A stretch of 39,723 nucleotides of DNA from positions 1 through 39,723 of IMG/VR virus record IMGVR_UViG_3300038335_000064. One strand, 5' to 3'. Positions 14,682 to 22,716 of the stretch are shown here, piece by piece. The position numbers and the translations under genes were made by a program. The DNA is from a virus. Below the pieces are notes generated by a model. That model was not told where the DNA came from, searched no databases, and saw only the letters and a list, made by a program, of their open reading frames with translations. How positions within the stretch are numbered: position 1 is the stretch's first letter; every line of letters begins with the position of its first letter.

Positions 14682-14996
14682 TCACTTTGAGTTCGGCGCC
14701 GGCACCTGCCCCTCGATCTTGCCGATTTCAGCCAACCGCCCATTCGCGACATCCAGCGACGCCGCGCGCGCCTTCGCGGCCTCGATCCAGTCACCGACGG
14801 TCACCAACCGCCGGCCGCTCATCGGGTCCGGGATCAGCTCAACGAGGTCTGACCGAATAGGAACATAGCGGCGTTCGGCCGGCAGGCTGGCATCGACCGG
14901 CCGGGAAATCACTACCGGCGGCGGTGTGCGCATCGCGGCGCAGCCGCTTGCCAGGATTGCCAGTAGCACGGGAATCGCAGGACGCTTCAACTTCAT
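14682..14996 (-). CDS. o-spanin (Rz1-like outer-membrane lipoprotein)
   Basis: MKLKRPAIPVLLAILASGC lipobox. ATGA overlap with the Rz-like stop. Confidence 0.7.
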   Translation of the reverse strand: MKLKRPAIPVLLAILASGCAAMRTPPPVVISRPVDASLPAERRYVPIRSDLVELIPDPMSGRRLVTVGDWIEAAKARAASLDVANGRLAEIGKIEGQVPAPNSK

Positions 14997-15463
14997 GGCA
15001 CGTCTTCTTGCAGCGCCGGGCAGACTGGCGTAGCCAGCAACGAAGCGCAGCCCGGATCTGCTGTGGCGGATCGATAGCGATCGCGCCACGCGGCCATGCT
15101 GGCTGCGGCTGCAGCGGCGCGTTTCGCAGCCGCAGCCAGCGCATTGCCATTCGATTCCCCGATCCGGTCAAGATCAGCGTGACACTGCTCGACCCGGGCT
15201 ACTGCAGCACCGTGCAATCTCTCCCAATCCGCATTCGCTGCAGCAGCACCGCGCAGCGATTCGGCAAGCGAGGTGACTTGCTCGGTCAGCGTGCGCACGT
15301 CGTCGCGAGCTGCGTCCAGGCGCACGCCGCGCAGCCACAGCCACGTGCCGAGGATCAGGATGACCCCGATCAGCGCGCCGGCCAACGCCAGCACGACTTT
15401 GCCTGTCGCGACGCGGGCGGCCGTTTTTGTGGCTCTACCGGCCAACGCCGATACGACACTCAT
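14993..15463 (-). CDS. i-spanin (Rz-like)
   Basis: N-terminal TM segment VVLALAGALIGVILILGTWLWL followed by a coiled coil. ATGA overlap with the endolysin stop. Confidence 0.65.
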   Translation of the reverse strand: MSVVSALAGRATKTAARVATGKVVLALAGALIGVILILGTWLWLRGVRLDAARDDVRTLTEQVTSLAESLRGAAAANADWERLHGAAVARVEQCHADLDRIGESNGNALAAAAKRAAAAAASMAAWRDRYRSATADPGCASLLATPVCPALQEDVP

Positions 15464-16017
15464 GCGATCAGCACCCCGTACCAACGCCGAATTCGTTGAA
15501 CGTAGGCGATCGTTTCGTCAGCGTGTTTGCCAGTGATCTGCGGCAGGCAAGCGCTGATGTCTGACCATGCCCGGGCGCCGCCGCATGCGCGCTGGGCGCT
15601 CAGGATATTCCCCGCTCCGGCGTTGTAGCTCGCCTGCGCCAGTGCGCGCCGATCCGACTCCGGCCGCTCAGCGCTCCATGTGCGCCGCATGCGCTGCATG
15701 TAGCGACCGCTAGCGAGAATGGCCGGACCCACCGCGTGCGGACTCACTCCACCGAAGCCAAGGCCAGGCGCAACCTCCGCCCACGTCGCCGGCATGAACT
15801 GCGCGATCCCGCGCGCACCGGCAGGGCTCACCGCACCCGGATCGAGCCTTGACTCTTGGTAGAGCTGGGCTTTGAGCCAGCGCCAATCCCAGCCGGGTAG
15901 ATACAGGCGCGAGGCATCGCGGATCGCGCCATCGTACCGATCCGTTCCCAGAACGCCGGCGCGCGCCGGTGGCGGCACGATCGACAGCAGCAGGGCGACC
16001 AGCAGTACACAACGCAT
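15460..16017 (-). CDS. Lytic transglycosylase (SLT-domain) endolysin with an N-terminal signal or SAR-like segment
   Basis: MRCVLLVALLLSIVPPPARA..., then YQESRLDPGAVSPAGARGIAQFMP and the YNAG motif. Confidence 0.85.
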   Translation of the reverse strand: MRCVLLVALLLSIVPPPARAGVLGTDRYDGAIRDASRLYLPGWDWRWLKAQLYQESRLDPGAVSPAGARGIAQFMPATWAEVAPGLGFGGVSPHAVGPAILASGRYMQRMRRTWSAERPESDRRALAQASYNAGAGNILSAQRACGGARAWSDISACLPQITGKHADETIAYVQRIRRWYGVLIA

Positions 16018-16253
16018 CACGAATACACCTGACCCAGCAAAATGCACAGGCCGATCACGCATCCGGCCAGCAGGGTGGCACACGCCTGCGGGTTGGCCAG
16101 CACGCCATCGACAGCACGCCGCAGCTCTTGACGGCTCACGCCCCAACGCGACAGTCCGAACGAAACAGTCCACGCCAGGCTCGCAACTGCGAGCGGGACG
16201 ACGACAGCGGTTGCGGCAATGGAAATGCCGACGGTTTGCAGTAGTTCGTTCAC
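16017..16253 (-). CDS. Holin-like membrane protein
   Basis: 78 aa with 2-3 hydrophobic helices, immediately upstream of the endolysin with overlapping junctions. Confidence 0.55.
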   Translation of the reverse strand: MNELLQTVGISIAATAVVVPLAVASLAWTVSFGLSRWGVSRQELRRAVDGVLANPQACATLLAGCVIGLCILLGQVYS

Positions 16254-16663
16254 TGTGATTTTCTCCTGCGTCGCACGTCGGGATGCACCGGATCGGCGTG
16301 AGCGAGCAGGCGCTCCAGCCCGGCGTTGATTGGATCGATTCGGTCGGACAGCATCTGCCGCAGTTCGTCTTTTGTTGGGTACTCGCGAAAGGCCTTCGTG
16401 AACTCGATCCGCACCTCGGAAACGTGTTCCCGCGCCATCCGCGCCTCGGCCTTGGCATGCTCGATGTCGCTCGCAACCACCCGCGCGTGCGCGGCAATCG
16501 CACGGCTGCGCGCGTCGCGTTCCCCAGCGATAGCCGTGGCGAGTGCTATGTCATGTCGCGATAACTGCCGGCTCAGCCACCAACCAAGCGCGGCGGTTTG
16601 CATCAGCAGTGCTGCGGCAGCAGCGAGCAGTGCGATCCAGTTCTGCGCGAGCTGGCTGTCCAT
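16250..16663 (-). CDS. Membrane-anchored coiled-coil protein
   Basis: N-terminal TM segment WIALLAAAAALLMQTAALGWWL, with a helical remainder. Confidence 0.5.
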   Translation of the reverse strand: MDSQLAQNWIALLAAAAALLMQTAALGWWLSRQLSRHDIALATAIAGERDARSRAIAAHARVVASDIEHAKAEARMAREHVSEVRIEFTKAFREYPTKDELRQMLSDRIDPINAGLERLLAHADPVHPDVRRRRKSQ

Positions 16664-16836
16664 CACCCAGCCTTCGCGGACCGCGCCACACGGATGCGCC
16701 ATGCCGCGCGCCCGGCCAGGCCTACAGCAGCGGCGACGCTGACCCACCAGGGAAACAGCAGCACCAGCACGATAATGGCGGCGGCAAGCAGCTGCTCGAT
16801 GGGCGAAAAGTTGGCGGCTTTGATGGCGTCGAACAT
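16663..16836 (-). CDS. Small membrane protein
   Basis: 57 aa, LLAAAIIVLVLLFPWWVSVAAAVGLAG. Tightly packed with its neighbours. Confidence 0.45.
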   Translation of the reverse strand: MFDAIKAANFSPIEQLLAAAIIVLVLLFPWWVSVAAAVGLAGRAAWRIRVARSAKAG

Positions 16837-16838
16837 GG

Positions 16839-16991
16839 TCAATCTCCGTAGTGAACCGGATCGCTGTCGCCTTGCGGCTTGCGCCGAAAGAACCAGCGCA
16901 GGAATGCAGCGGCAAGCACTACCCCGATCGGTATCGAAACCCACCGCGGCAATAGCGACAGAATCATGGCGATGGCGGCGAGCGAGTCCAT
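16839..16991 (-). CDS. Small membrane protein
   Basis: 50 aa, MDSLAAIAMILSLLPRWVSIPIGVVLAAAFLRWFF. Confidence 0.45.
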   Translation of the reverse strand: MDSLAAIAMILSLLPRWVSIPIGVVLAAAFLRWFFRRKPQGDSDPVHYGD

Positions 16992-17341
16992 TACTGCGGC
17001 ACGCCGAACTGCTCGTTGTAGAGGATGTCGAACGCCGCCTTCAGGATCACCATGACGCCCGCCGACGACACCGCCGACAGATCGGCGCCGGTGACCGGGT
17101 CGAGTGCGCCTGCCGGCGCGAACTGGCGCGTCAGAATCTGCTCGAATGCGGTGCTGAAACTTCCTGCGCCCTCGAATGATCTGCCGGGCAGCATCACGAC
17201 GCCTGCCGCGTCGCTGAGGTAGCGCCGGGTGTCGAACGTGATGCTGCCCGTGTCGGTTTCCGGATCCCAGTGGATGCTGGTCAACGGGGCGAGCACGACG
17301 GCCGACATGTCGGCGGGGAGTTGTTGGATGCGGGCGTTCAT
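16991..17341 (-). CDS. Hypothetical protein (tail-fibre-associated position)
   Basis: 116 aa with good coding character. Confidence 0.55.
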   Translation of the reverse strand: MNARIQQLPADMSAVVLAPLTSIHWDPETDTGSITFDTRRYLSDAAGVVMLPGRSFEGAGSFSTAFEQILTRQFAPAGALDPVTGADLSAVSSAGVMVILKAAFDILYNEQFGVPQ

Positions 17342-17353
17342 GCGGTGGCCTCG

Positions 17354-18004
17354 TTATGCGATGACTACGATGTTGGATTCTGCGGAGCCCACGCTCTCGC
17401 AAGTGGCGTTGCTGGCGAAGACCATCGCGCCGTAGCTCCACCCGGTGCGAACCGAATTAGCATCGCTATTTAGCGTTGCAGGCGAGCCGGCGACGAACAC
17501 TACGCCGCCGGTGAACTGCGCGGTTTCGTCGAGGAACTCCACGCGATAACCCGTGATTGCGCTGCCGCCGTTGTCTGCGGGCGGCGTAAACGTCACGCTC
17601 AGCGCGTGTGGGCCTACCTGCGTGAGCGCGCCGATGGTCGGAGCGCCTGGGGCGTCGATCGCGGTGATCGAGTTCGATGGGCTAGATATGGGTCCAGCGC
17701 CGACCGCATTGATTGCGAAGACGGTGAACGTGTACGCCACGCCGCGCGTGAGTCCGGACACGACGATGGGCGATGACGTCCCGATGTTGAACAGTCCGCC
17801 AGGCGACGATGTGACGCGATAACCAGTGATCGGGCTACCGCCGTTGTCTGCGGGCGGCGTAAACGTCACGCTCGCGGACTTGGTGCAAACCGCGGTGGCG
17901 ACAATGCCGGTCGGCACTTCCGGTACGGTGGCGACAATGCCGGTCGGCACTTCCGGTACGGTAGCGCCCTTGCCAGACATCAAAAGCGTAGCGGCACCGG
18001 ACAT
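17354..18004 (-). CDS. Protein with two fibronectin type III-like domains
   Basis: Contains two TFTPPADNGGS(P/A)ITGYRV signatures and YTFTVFAINAVGAG. The N-terminus holds an exact 2x33-bp in-frame repeat (17894-17959). Confidence 0.7.
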   Translation of the reverse strand: MSGAATLLMSGKGATVPEVPTGIVATVPEVPTGIVATAVCTKSASVTFTPPADNGGSPITGYRVTSSPGGLFNIGTSSPIVVSGLTRGVAYTFTVFAINAVGAGPISSPSNSITAIDAPGAPTIGALTQVGPHALSVTFTPPADNGGSAITGYRVEFLDETAQFTGGVVFVAGSPATLNSDANSVRTGWSYGAMVFASNATCESVGSAESNIVVIA

Positions 18005-18903
18005 CAGGTAACCCCCGGTCCAGAAACCAGCCAGACGTTGGCGGCGACCTGAAATGCGGTGGCATAGCCCCACGGCGCGACGGTGCGGCTGCCGGTGGTG
18101 GACGTGCCGGCGAGACGCAAGGTGACGCCGGCCGCGCCCGCCAACGTGAAATTACCGCTGCTGGCATCGTTTGCGAGGGTCAGGATGGTGCCAACGGGAT
18201 ACGTCACCGTCGCGTTGGCCGGGATCGTTACCGTGATCGCCGACGTGACGGTTTTGCAGACGCCACGCCCGGAGTCGTCGAGCACGTAGGTGTAGGCCGC
18301 CGCGATGTTCGAGAGCGGCACGCCGCGGAATCCTGCCAGCTCGCCGGCCAGCGTGATCTGGTCGGACGTGAACGCGGCGCCATCGAGGCGCGCGTAGTCA
18401 GCGAGCGATAGCGCGAGTGCCGCGTCCTGCGCGCCGTCCTGCGCATCGACGTAGGCGCGGGTTGCGAGCACCACGCTTGGATCGATCTGCAGGGTGACCG
18501 CGCTGGCGTTGGCGACTTCGAATTGGATGCTGATCGCCAACTCTTTGCCACTTCCCTCGGGGAGTGTCGGCTTGTAGCTCTCAGCGAAGTTGCCGTATGC
18601 GATCAGATCTCCGGCAGCGTCAAACAGTCCGATCTCACGCACAACCCAGCCGCCAACTTCCGGTGGCACGATGCGCTCGGCAACCAGCCAATTCGCGTTT
18701 ATCGGATCGACCGTGAGCGTATTGATCGGTCCGCGATTTACCTCGTTGACAAGCGCGGCGCGGTTTTCGACGGGCACCACGGCCGCGCCGCCGCCATCGC
18801 CAAGCGCCATCTCGGTAATCGACAGCGGGACACCGCCAGCGAGCGCGGCGGCGACTTTGGCTTTTCCGGTGGTGGTGAGCAGAGTTCCGAACGTCTGAGG
18901 CAT
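18004..18903 (-). CDS. Tail fibre protein (P2 gpH-type N-terminal domain)
   Basis: MPQTFGTLLTTTGKAKVAAALAGG..ITEMALGDGGG...REIGLFDAAGDLIAYGNF. Confidence 0.8.
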   Translation of the reverse strand: MPQTFGTLLTTTGKAKVAAALAGGVPLSITEMALGDGGGAAVVPVENRAALVNEVNRGPINTLTVDPINANWLVAERIVPPEVGGWVVREIGLFDAAGDLIAYGNFAESYKPTLPEGSGKELAISIQFEVANASAVTLQIDPSVVLATRAYVDAQDGAQDAALALSLADYARLDGAAFTSDQITLAGELAGFRGVPLSNIAAAYTYVLDDSGRGVCKTVTSAITVTIPANATVTYPVGTILTLANDASSGNFTLAGAAGVTLRLAGTSTTGSRTVAPWGYATAFQVAANVWLVSGPGVT

Positions 18904-19526
18904 CAGTTCACCATGGGTGTTAGTTTTACGGTTTCGCGTGACCAGCTCGCGGCGCCGATAGTAGCCACGCCGACGCTTCCGATCTCCGTCACTGAGTAGG
19001 GCTGGACCGTGATCGTCTCGCGCACGATCATTGCGCCAGCCAGCACTGTCGGGCTTGGCGATTTATGCACAATGCGGATGCTGGTCAGGTGCGACCTGGC
19101 GTTTTTTGCAGCCAGCGCCGTGCGCTCGACATCGCCCCAGGTGCCGTCGATGATGCCGCGCGCGTCGAGGGCGACCTCGATGCGGAACGTATACGGCGCA
19201 GCCGGCGGCACGGATTGCCACCACTCGACCAGCTTGGCGTTGTAGTCCAATGCCGACAACGCGGTGAGCATGGCGCCCACGGTGCCTTTGTGCTGGTGCA
19301 CGTCGATGGAGGCCGCCACCGAGGCACGCTTGCGCGCCTCGGTCCATGTGGGATCCCAGTTGTCGACGGACAGGCCCCACGCGAGCCACGGCAGCAGCGC
19401 CGCAGGAACGGTGTCGGGATTCCACAGTGCGCGCAGTGGCACAGGGATCGCATCGATGCGCAGCGTGGCCGCTTCGAGCGCGAGCTCCAGCAGTGTTGCG
19501 TTCGGTGGCAGCAGGCTGTCAGACAT
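18903..19526 (-). CDS. Baseplate/tail protein I (P2 gpI-like)
   Basis: LLPPNATLLELALEAA....LWNPDTVPAALLPWLAWGLSVD. Confidence 0.8.
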   Translation of the reverse strand: MSDSLLPPNATLLELALEAATLRIDAIPVPLRALWNPDTVPAALLPWLAWGLSVDNWDPTWTEARKRASVAASIDVHQHKGTVGAMLTALSALDYNAKLVEWWQSVPPAAPYTFRIEVALDARGIIDGTWGDVERTALAAKNARSHLTSIRIVHKSPSPTVLAGAMIVRETITVQPYSVTEIGSVGVATIGAASWSRETVKLTPMVN

Positions 19527-20406
19527 CGACGCCCCCGCTGGTGATCGTCACCGCCGTGGCATTGCCGGCCTGACTTGACGTGATCACGATGTCGGCGACG
19601 GGCGCGGTCAGATCGACGCGCTGTACGCCATCCACATGCAGTGCGGCGATGAGCGCCGAGCGCGCGATGTCGCGGCCGAGGCGCCGCGTGGATTCGACCA
19701 GCGCCTGCACGCGCGCCTGCGCCGTCGCCAGTACCACGGCGGCATCCGGGCCGGGCAACGTCCACAGCGTGGCGGTGATTGTGTAGGGCACGATCTGCGC
19801 TGATTGCACGGTCACCATGTCGGTGAGCGGGCGCACTGCGATGCTGGTGAGCGTCGCGGCCACTGCGAGCACCAGCTCAGCGCTGGCGGTGCCGTCGCCG
19901 GTGCGCGAGAGCACCGACACCACGACTTCACCCGGCGCCGGGCTGGTGACACTGGCGTCGAGAACATCGGCGACGCTGAGCGCGTGGAAGATGTACGCAC
20001 CCTCGGGGCCAGCGACGCTGAATCCCTCCGGCGCGAGCTGCGTGCGCCGGCGCAGGTCGGCGTCGGTTTCCAGCGTCGGTGCAACCGGCGGGGTTGCGGC
20101 CTGGTCGCCGGGATCGAGCACCAGACGCGATACGCCGAACAGCGCGGCCAGTTGTTCCAGATCGCTGCCGGTGGCGCTGGCCAGCATAACGCTTCGGGCG
20201 GCATCGTTGACTCGCGCGCGCAGCAGCAGCTCGCGGTAGGCGAACACTTGCAACAGCTTGGTCACCGGCTCGGATTCCAGCGCCAGCACGTCGGCGAGCT
20301 CGGGGAATACGGCGAGCGCATCCGACTTCGCCGCGGCGAGCACTGTCTCGAAGTCGAGCGGTTCGATAACCGTAGGCGGCGGCAGCAGCGACAGATCAAC
20401 GCTCAT
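19519..20406 (-). CDS. Baseplate protein J (P2 gpJ-like)
   Basis: Start MSVDLSLLPPPTVIEPLDFETVL with an ATGA overlap with gpW. Position and size fit. Confidence 0.85.
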   Translation of the reverse strand: MSVDLSLLPPPTVIEPLDFETVLAAAKSDALAVFPELADVLALESEPVTKLLQVFAYRELLLRARVNDAARSVMLASATGSDLEQLAALFGVSRLVLDPGDQAATPPVAPTLETDADLRRRTQLAPEGFSVAGPEGAYIFHALSVADVLDASVTSPAPGEVVVSVLSRTGDGTASAELVLAVAATLTSIAVRPLTDMVTVQSAQIVPYTITATLWTLPGPDAAVVLATAQARVQALVESTRRLGRDIARSALIAALHVDGVQRVDLTAPVADIVITSSQAGNATAVTITSGGVDV

Positions 20407-20747
20407 GCCGACACCTCGATAGGCAGATTGATACGGGTGCGTTGGGCCCCGTCGCGGAAGTCGGCGGAGAGCGCCAGTTCCAAGCGCCCTGCGGCGGCCT
20501 GCAACACGCGCACCTGGCGAACGGCAAGGCGCGGCTCCCAACGCCGCAGCGCGTCCACGGTGGCGGCGTAGATGTCGCCCAGGGTGCGCGCGTTGATCGG
20601 CGCGTCCACCATCTCGAACAGGCGCGAGCCGTAGTCGCGACGCATCACCCGCGAGCCAATGGGCGTCGTCAGGATGTCGGCGACCGACTGGCGCAGGTGC
20701 GTCAGGTCATCGAGCGAGCGGCCAGTTTGGCGGGACATTCCGGGCAT
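20403..20747 (-). CDS. Baseplate protein W (GPW/gp25-like)
   Basis: MPGMSRQTGRSLDDLTHLRQSVADILTTPIGSRVMRRDYGS. Confidence 0.8.
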   Translation of the reverse strand: MPGMSRQTGRSLDDLTHLRQSVADILTTPIGSRVMRRDYGSRLFEMVDAPINARTLGDIYAATVDALRRWEPRLAVRQVRVLQAAAGRLELALSADFRDGAQRTRINLPIEVSA

Positions 20748-20799
20748 GGCTGCAATGATCCACATCCGGGTGCGCTCAGTCTCGGGGAACGGGACGCAC
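20745..20799 (-). repeat. 55-bp conserved element, copy A (54 of 55 identical to 34472..34526), 5' of baseplate gpW
   Basis: A 49-bp exact core (20751-20799 = 34478-34526) plus the start codon. In both copies the upstream gene ends with TAG at the same offset. Confidence 0.9.
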
Positions 20800-20801
20800 T
20801 G

Positions 20802-21785
20802 CTACTCGCTCACCGCGTCGGGGCGTTGTGCCTCGATGCTGGTGGTGTAGCCGCTGCTGTCGAGGCGATGCTCGGCGCTCTTGATGATCCAGTCGCCGTC
20901 CACGCCGTCGCGAAACCCGGACAGGGTAATCGGGCGCTCGGCAACCAGTTCGGGGTCGCCGGGCAGGCTCAGGCTCAGCGCAGTGCGCCCGCGCGACATC
21001 TTGCGCAAGCGCGCTTGCGCGGCGCGCTTGGCCTCGGCTTCGGTGCGGAACGCATTGCGCAACGTGATCGATGGGTCGCCGGCGCCTACCGCCAGCGTCA
21101 CCGATGAGTGCCGTCGAGCCGGCTTCCAACGCGCTTCCACCCGCGAATAGAACTGCCGCTCTTGCTCGGACGCTCGCCAGCTCGTTACCTGATTGCGGAC
21201 GATCGCAACCGCCGGCATGGCGGCGCCGCTCGCGTCCAGACCCTTCCCGACCTCGACGAACAACAGGCGCCCGGCTGCGGGCTTGGCGATGGCGCCGAAC
21301 TGCTCGGCCAGCCGTGTGAGCAGGTGCAGGTCGCTTTCGTCGGTCTGGTCCAGGTGTTCCACCGGCTGCGCTTCCAAGGCCGCGGCAATCTGCGGGGTGA
21401 GCCGGTGGCGGGCAGCAATGGTGCGCACGATTTCGCCCAGCGTCTTGCCGTCATAGTCAGCGCGGCGCTGGCTCTTGAGGCTGGCCAGCATGTCGGCAGC
21501 GGCGCCGCGCAGGTTCAGCACGGCCGGCGGCCCGGACGACTCCACTTCGTCAACCGTGTAGCGCCCCATCGTCCGTGCGCCGCCAGTCTCGCGGTAGCCG
21601 AGCGCAATCTCCAGCTCGACGCCAGCACCGGGCCATCCCAAGGCGTGGTCGCGGTCATCGAGCGACAGTTCGAATCGATCGGACGAAATACCCGCCTCAT
21701 CGCTGATGCTGAGCGAAATCAGGCGATCAGCGATATTGCCAGTGATGTCGGTTCCGTTCAGCGTGATGGCGAACGCCGGCTTCAC
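20802..21785 (-). CDS. Tail protein D (P2 gpD / late control D family)
   Basis: The GTG at 21785 overlaps the gpX stop as GTGA. Contains VKPAFAITLNGTDITG.... Confidence 0.85.
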   Translation of the reverse strand: MKPAFAITLNGTDITGNIADRLISLSISDEAGISSDRFELSLDDRDHALGWPGAGVELEIALGYRETGGARTMGRYTVDEVESSGPPAVLNLRGAAADMLASLKSQRRADYDGKTLGEIVRTIAARHRLTPQIAAALEAQPVEHLDQTDESDLHLLTRLAEQFGAIAKPAAGRLLFVEVGKGLDASGAAMPAVAIVRNQVTSWRASEQERQFYSRVEARWKPARRHSSVTLAVGAGDPSITLRNAFRTEAEAKRAAQARLRKMSRGRTALSLSLPGDPELVAERPITLSGFRDGVDGDWIIKSAEHRLDSSGYTTSIEAQRPDAVSE

Positions 21786-21991
21786 GCCGCGCCCCACAGC
21801 CGCACGGTGGCCACTCTCGGCGCCGTGGGGACCACTGGTAGTTGCAGCACCACGCCAGCCGGCAATACCGGTGCGTCAAGCGCCCGCGGGTTTGCTTCGG
21901 CTAACGCTACGACGGCGCCGTGCCGGCCGTACACGCGCCAGGCGATGGCGTCGAGGGTGTCGCCGTCGCGGGTGCGATACTCGCGCATCAC
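21782..21991 (-). CDS. Tail protein X (P2 gpX, LysM-like)
   Basis: MMREYRTRDGDTLDAIAWRVYG. Confidence 0.8.
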   Translation of the reverse strand: MMREYRTRDGDTLDAIAWRVYGRHGAVVALAEANPRALDAPVLPAGVVLQLPVVPTAPRVATVRLWGAA

Positions 21992-22716
21992 GCATCCTCG
22001 CCGTAGGCCGCCAGCGACAGGCGAAACTCCAGCATCAGCGGCCGGCCGCTGGCATCCAGCTCGCTGCCGGTGGTCTCGACCCGGGTGAGCACGTACAGGC
22101 CGAGCACCGTGCCGGACGAATCGACCAGTGCCTGCGGCTCGCCCTGGTCGGCGAGCGCGCGCAGACGGGTGATCGTTTCGGTGCCGCCGGTGTAATGGGT
22201 CAGGGTGTAGCCGGACAGCTCAATGGTTTCCTCGCCGCGGCCAAGAAACTGATGTGCCGGTGCGCGGCCCAGGCGCTCCTGCGCCGCCCAACGGTAATCG
22301 ATCGAGCGCGCGATGCTCTGGTGCGCCAGCGCACCGGCCAGAAACTGCACCGGCCCCAAGCTCAGCAGCACGCTGCCACTGGGCGGCGGATCGCCGGCCG
22401 ATGCGTTGGCGCTGCCACTGGGCGGCGGATCGCCGGCCGATGCGTTGGCGCTGCCACTGGGCGGCGATGTGGCGAGCGTTGGCGACAATGTGGGCGCTGG
22501 CAGGTCAGGCGCTGGCGCTACCGGCGTTGCCCCCAGCGCGGTGCGGAATCGATCCACGCGCCCGCTCAACAGCGCGCCGGCCCAGCTTGGCACACCTGCC
22601 GCAGTCAGCGCAGCGGACATCGCCGACACCGGATCGCGCGGCATGCCGCGCGCGAGATTGATCAGGCTGCGCGTCTGCCGCGCGGCGCTGACCACCCGGC
22701 CGATATCCAGGCTCAT
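21988..22716 (-). CDS. Tail protein U (P2 gpU-like) with a repeat-bearing N-terminal extension
   Basis: The C-terminal approximately 135 aa (LLSLGPVQF...RWAAQERLGRAPAHQFLGRGEETIELSG...) are gpU-like. The N-terminal approximately 105 aa are extra. Confidence 0.8.
   Translation of the reverse strand: MSLDIGRVVSAARQTRSLINLARGMPRDPVSAMSAALTAAGVPSWAGALLSGRVDRFRTALGATPVAPAPDLPAPTLSPTLATSPPSGSANASAGDPPPSGSANASAGDPPPSGSVLLSLGPVQFLAGALAHQSIARSIDYRWAAQERLGRAPAHQFLGRGEETIELSGYTLTHYTGGTETITRLRALADQGEPQALVDSSGTVLGLYVLTRVETTGSELDASGRPLMLEFRLSLAAYGEDA
22372..22449. repeat. Exact 2x39-bp tandem repeat (plus a degenerate third unit) inside gpU
   Basis: GCTGCCACTGGGCGGCGGATCGCCGGCCGATGCGTTGGC occurs twice and encodes PPSGSANASAGDP units. 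Confidence 0.9.

Noticed and set aside
20748-20765. MWIIA(A/S)M N-terminal extensions of both W proteins (also 34475..34492)
   Set aside because: The identity extends a further 34 bp upstream into non-coding sequence and is at the nucleotide level. This is more simply a shared regulatory element than a conserved peptide. It is not fully excluded.
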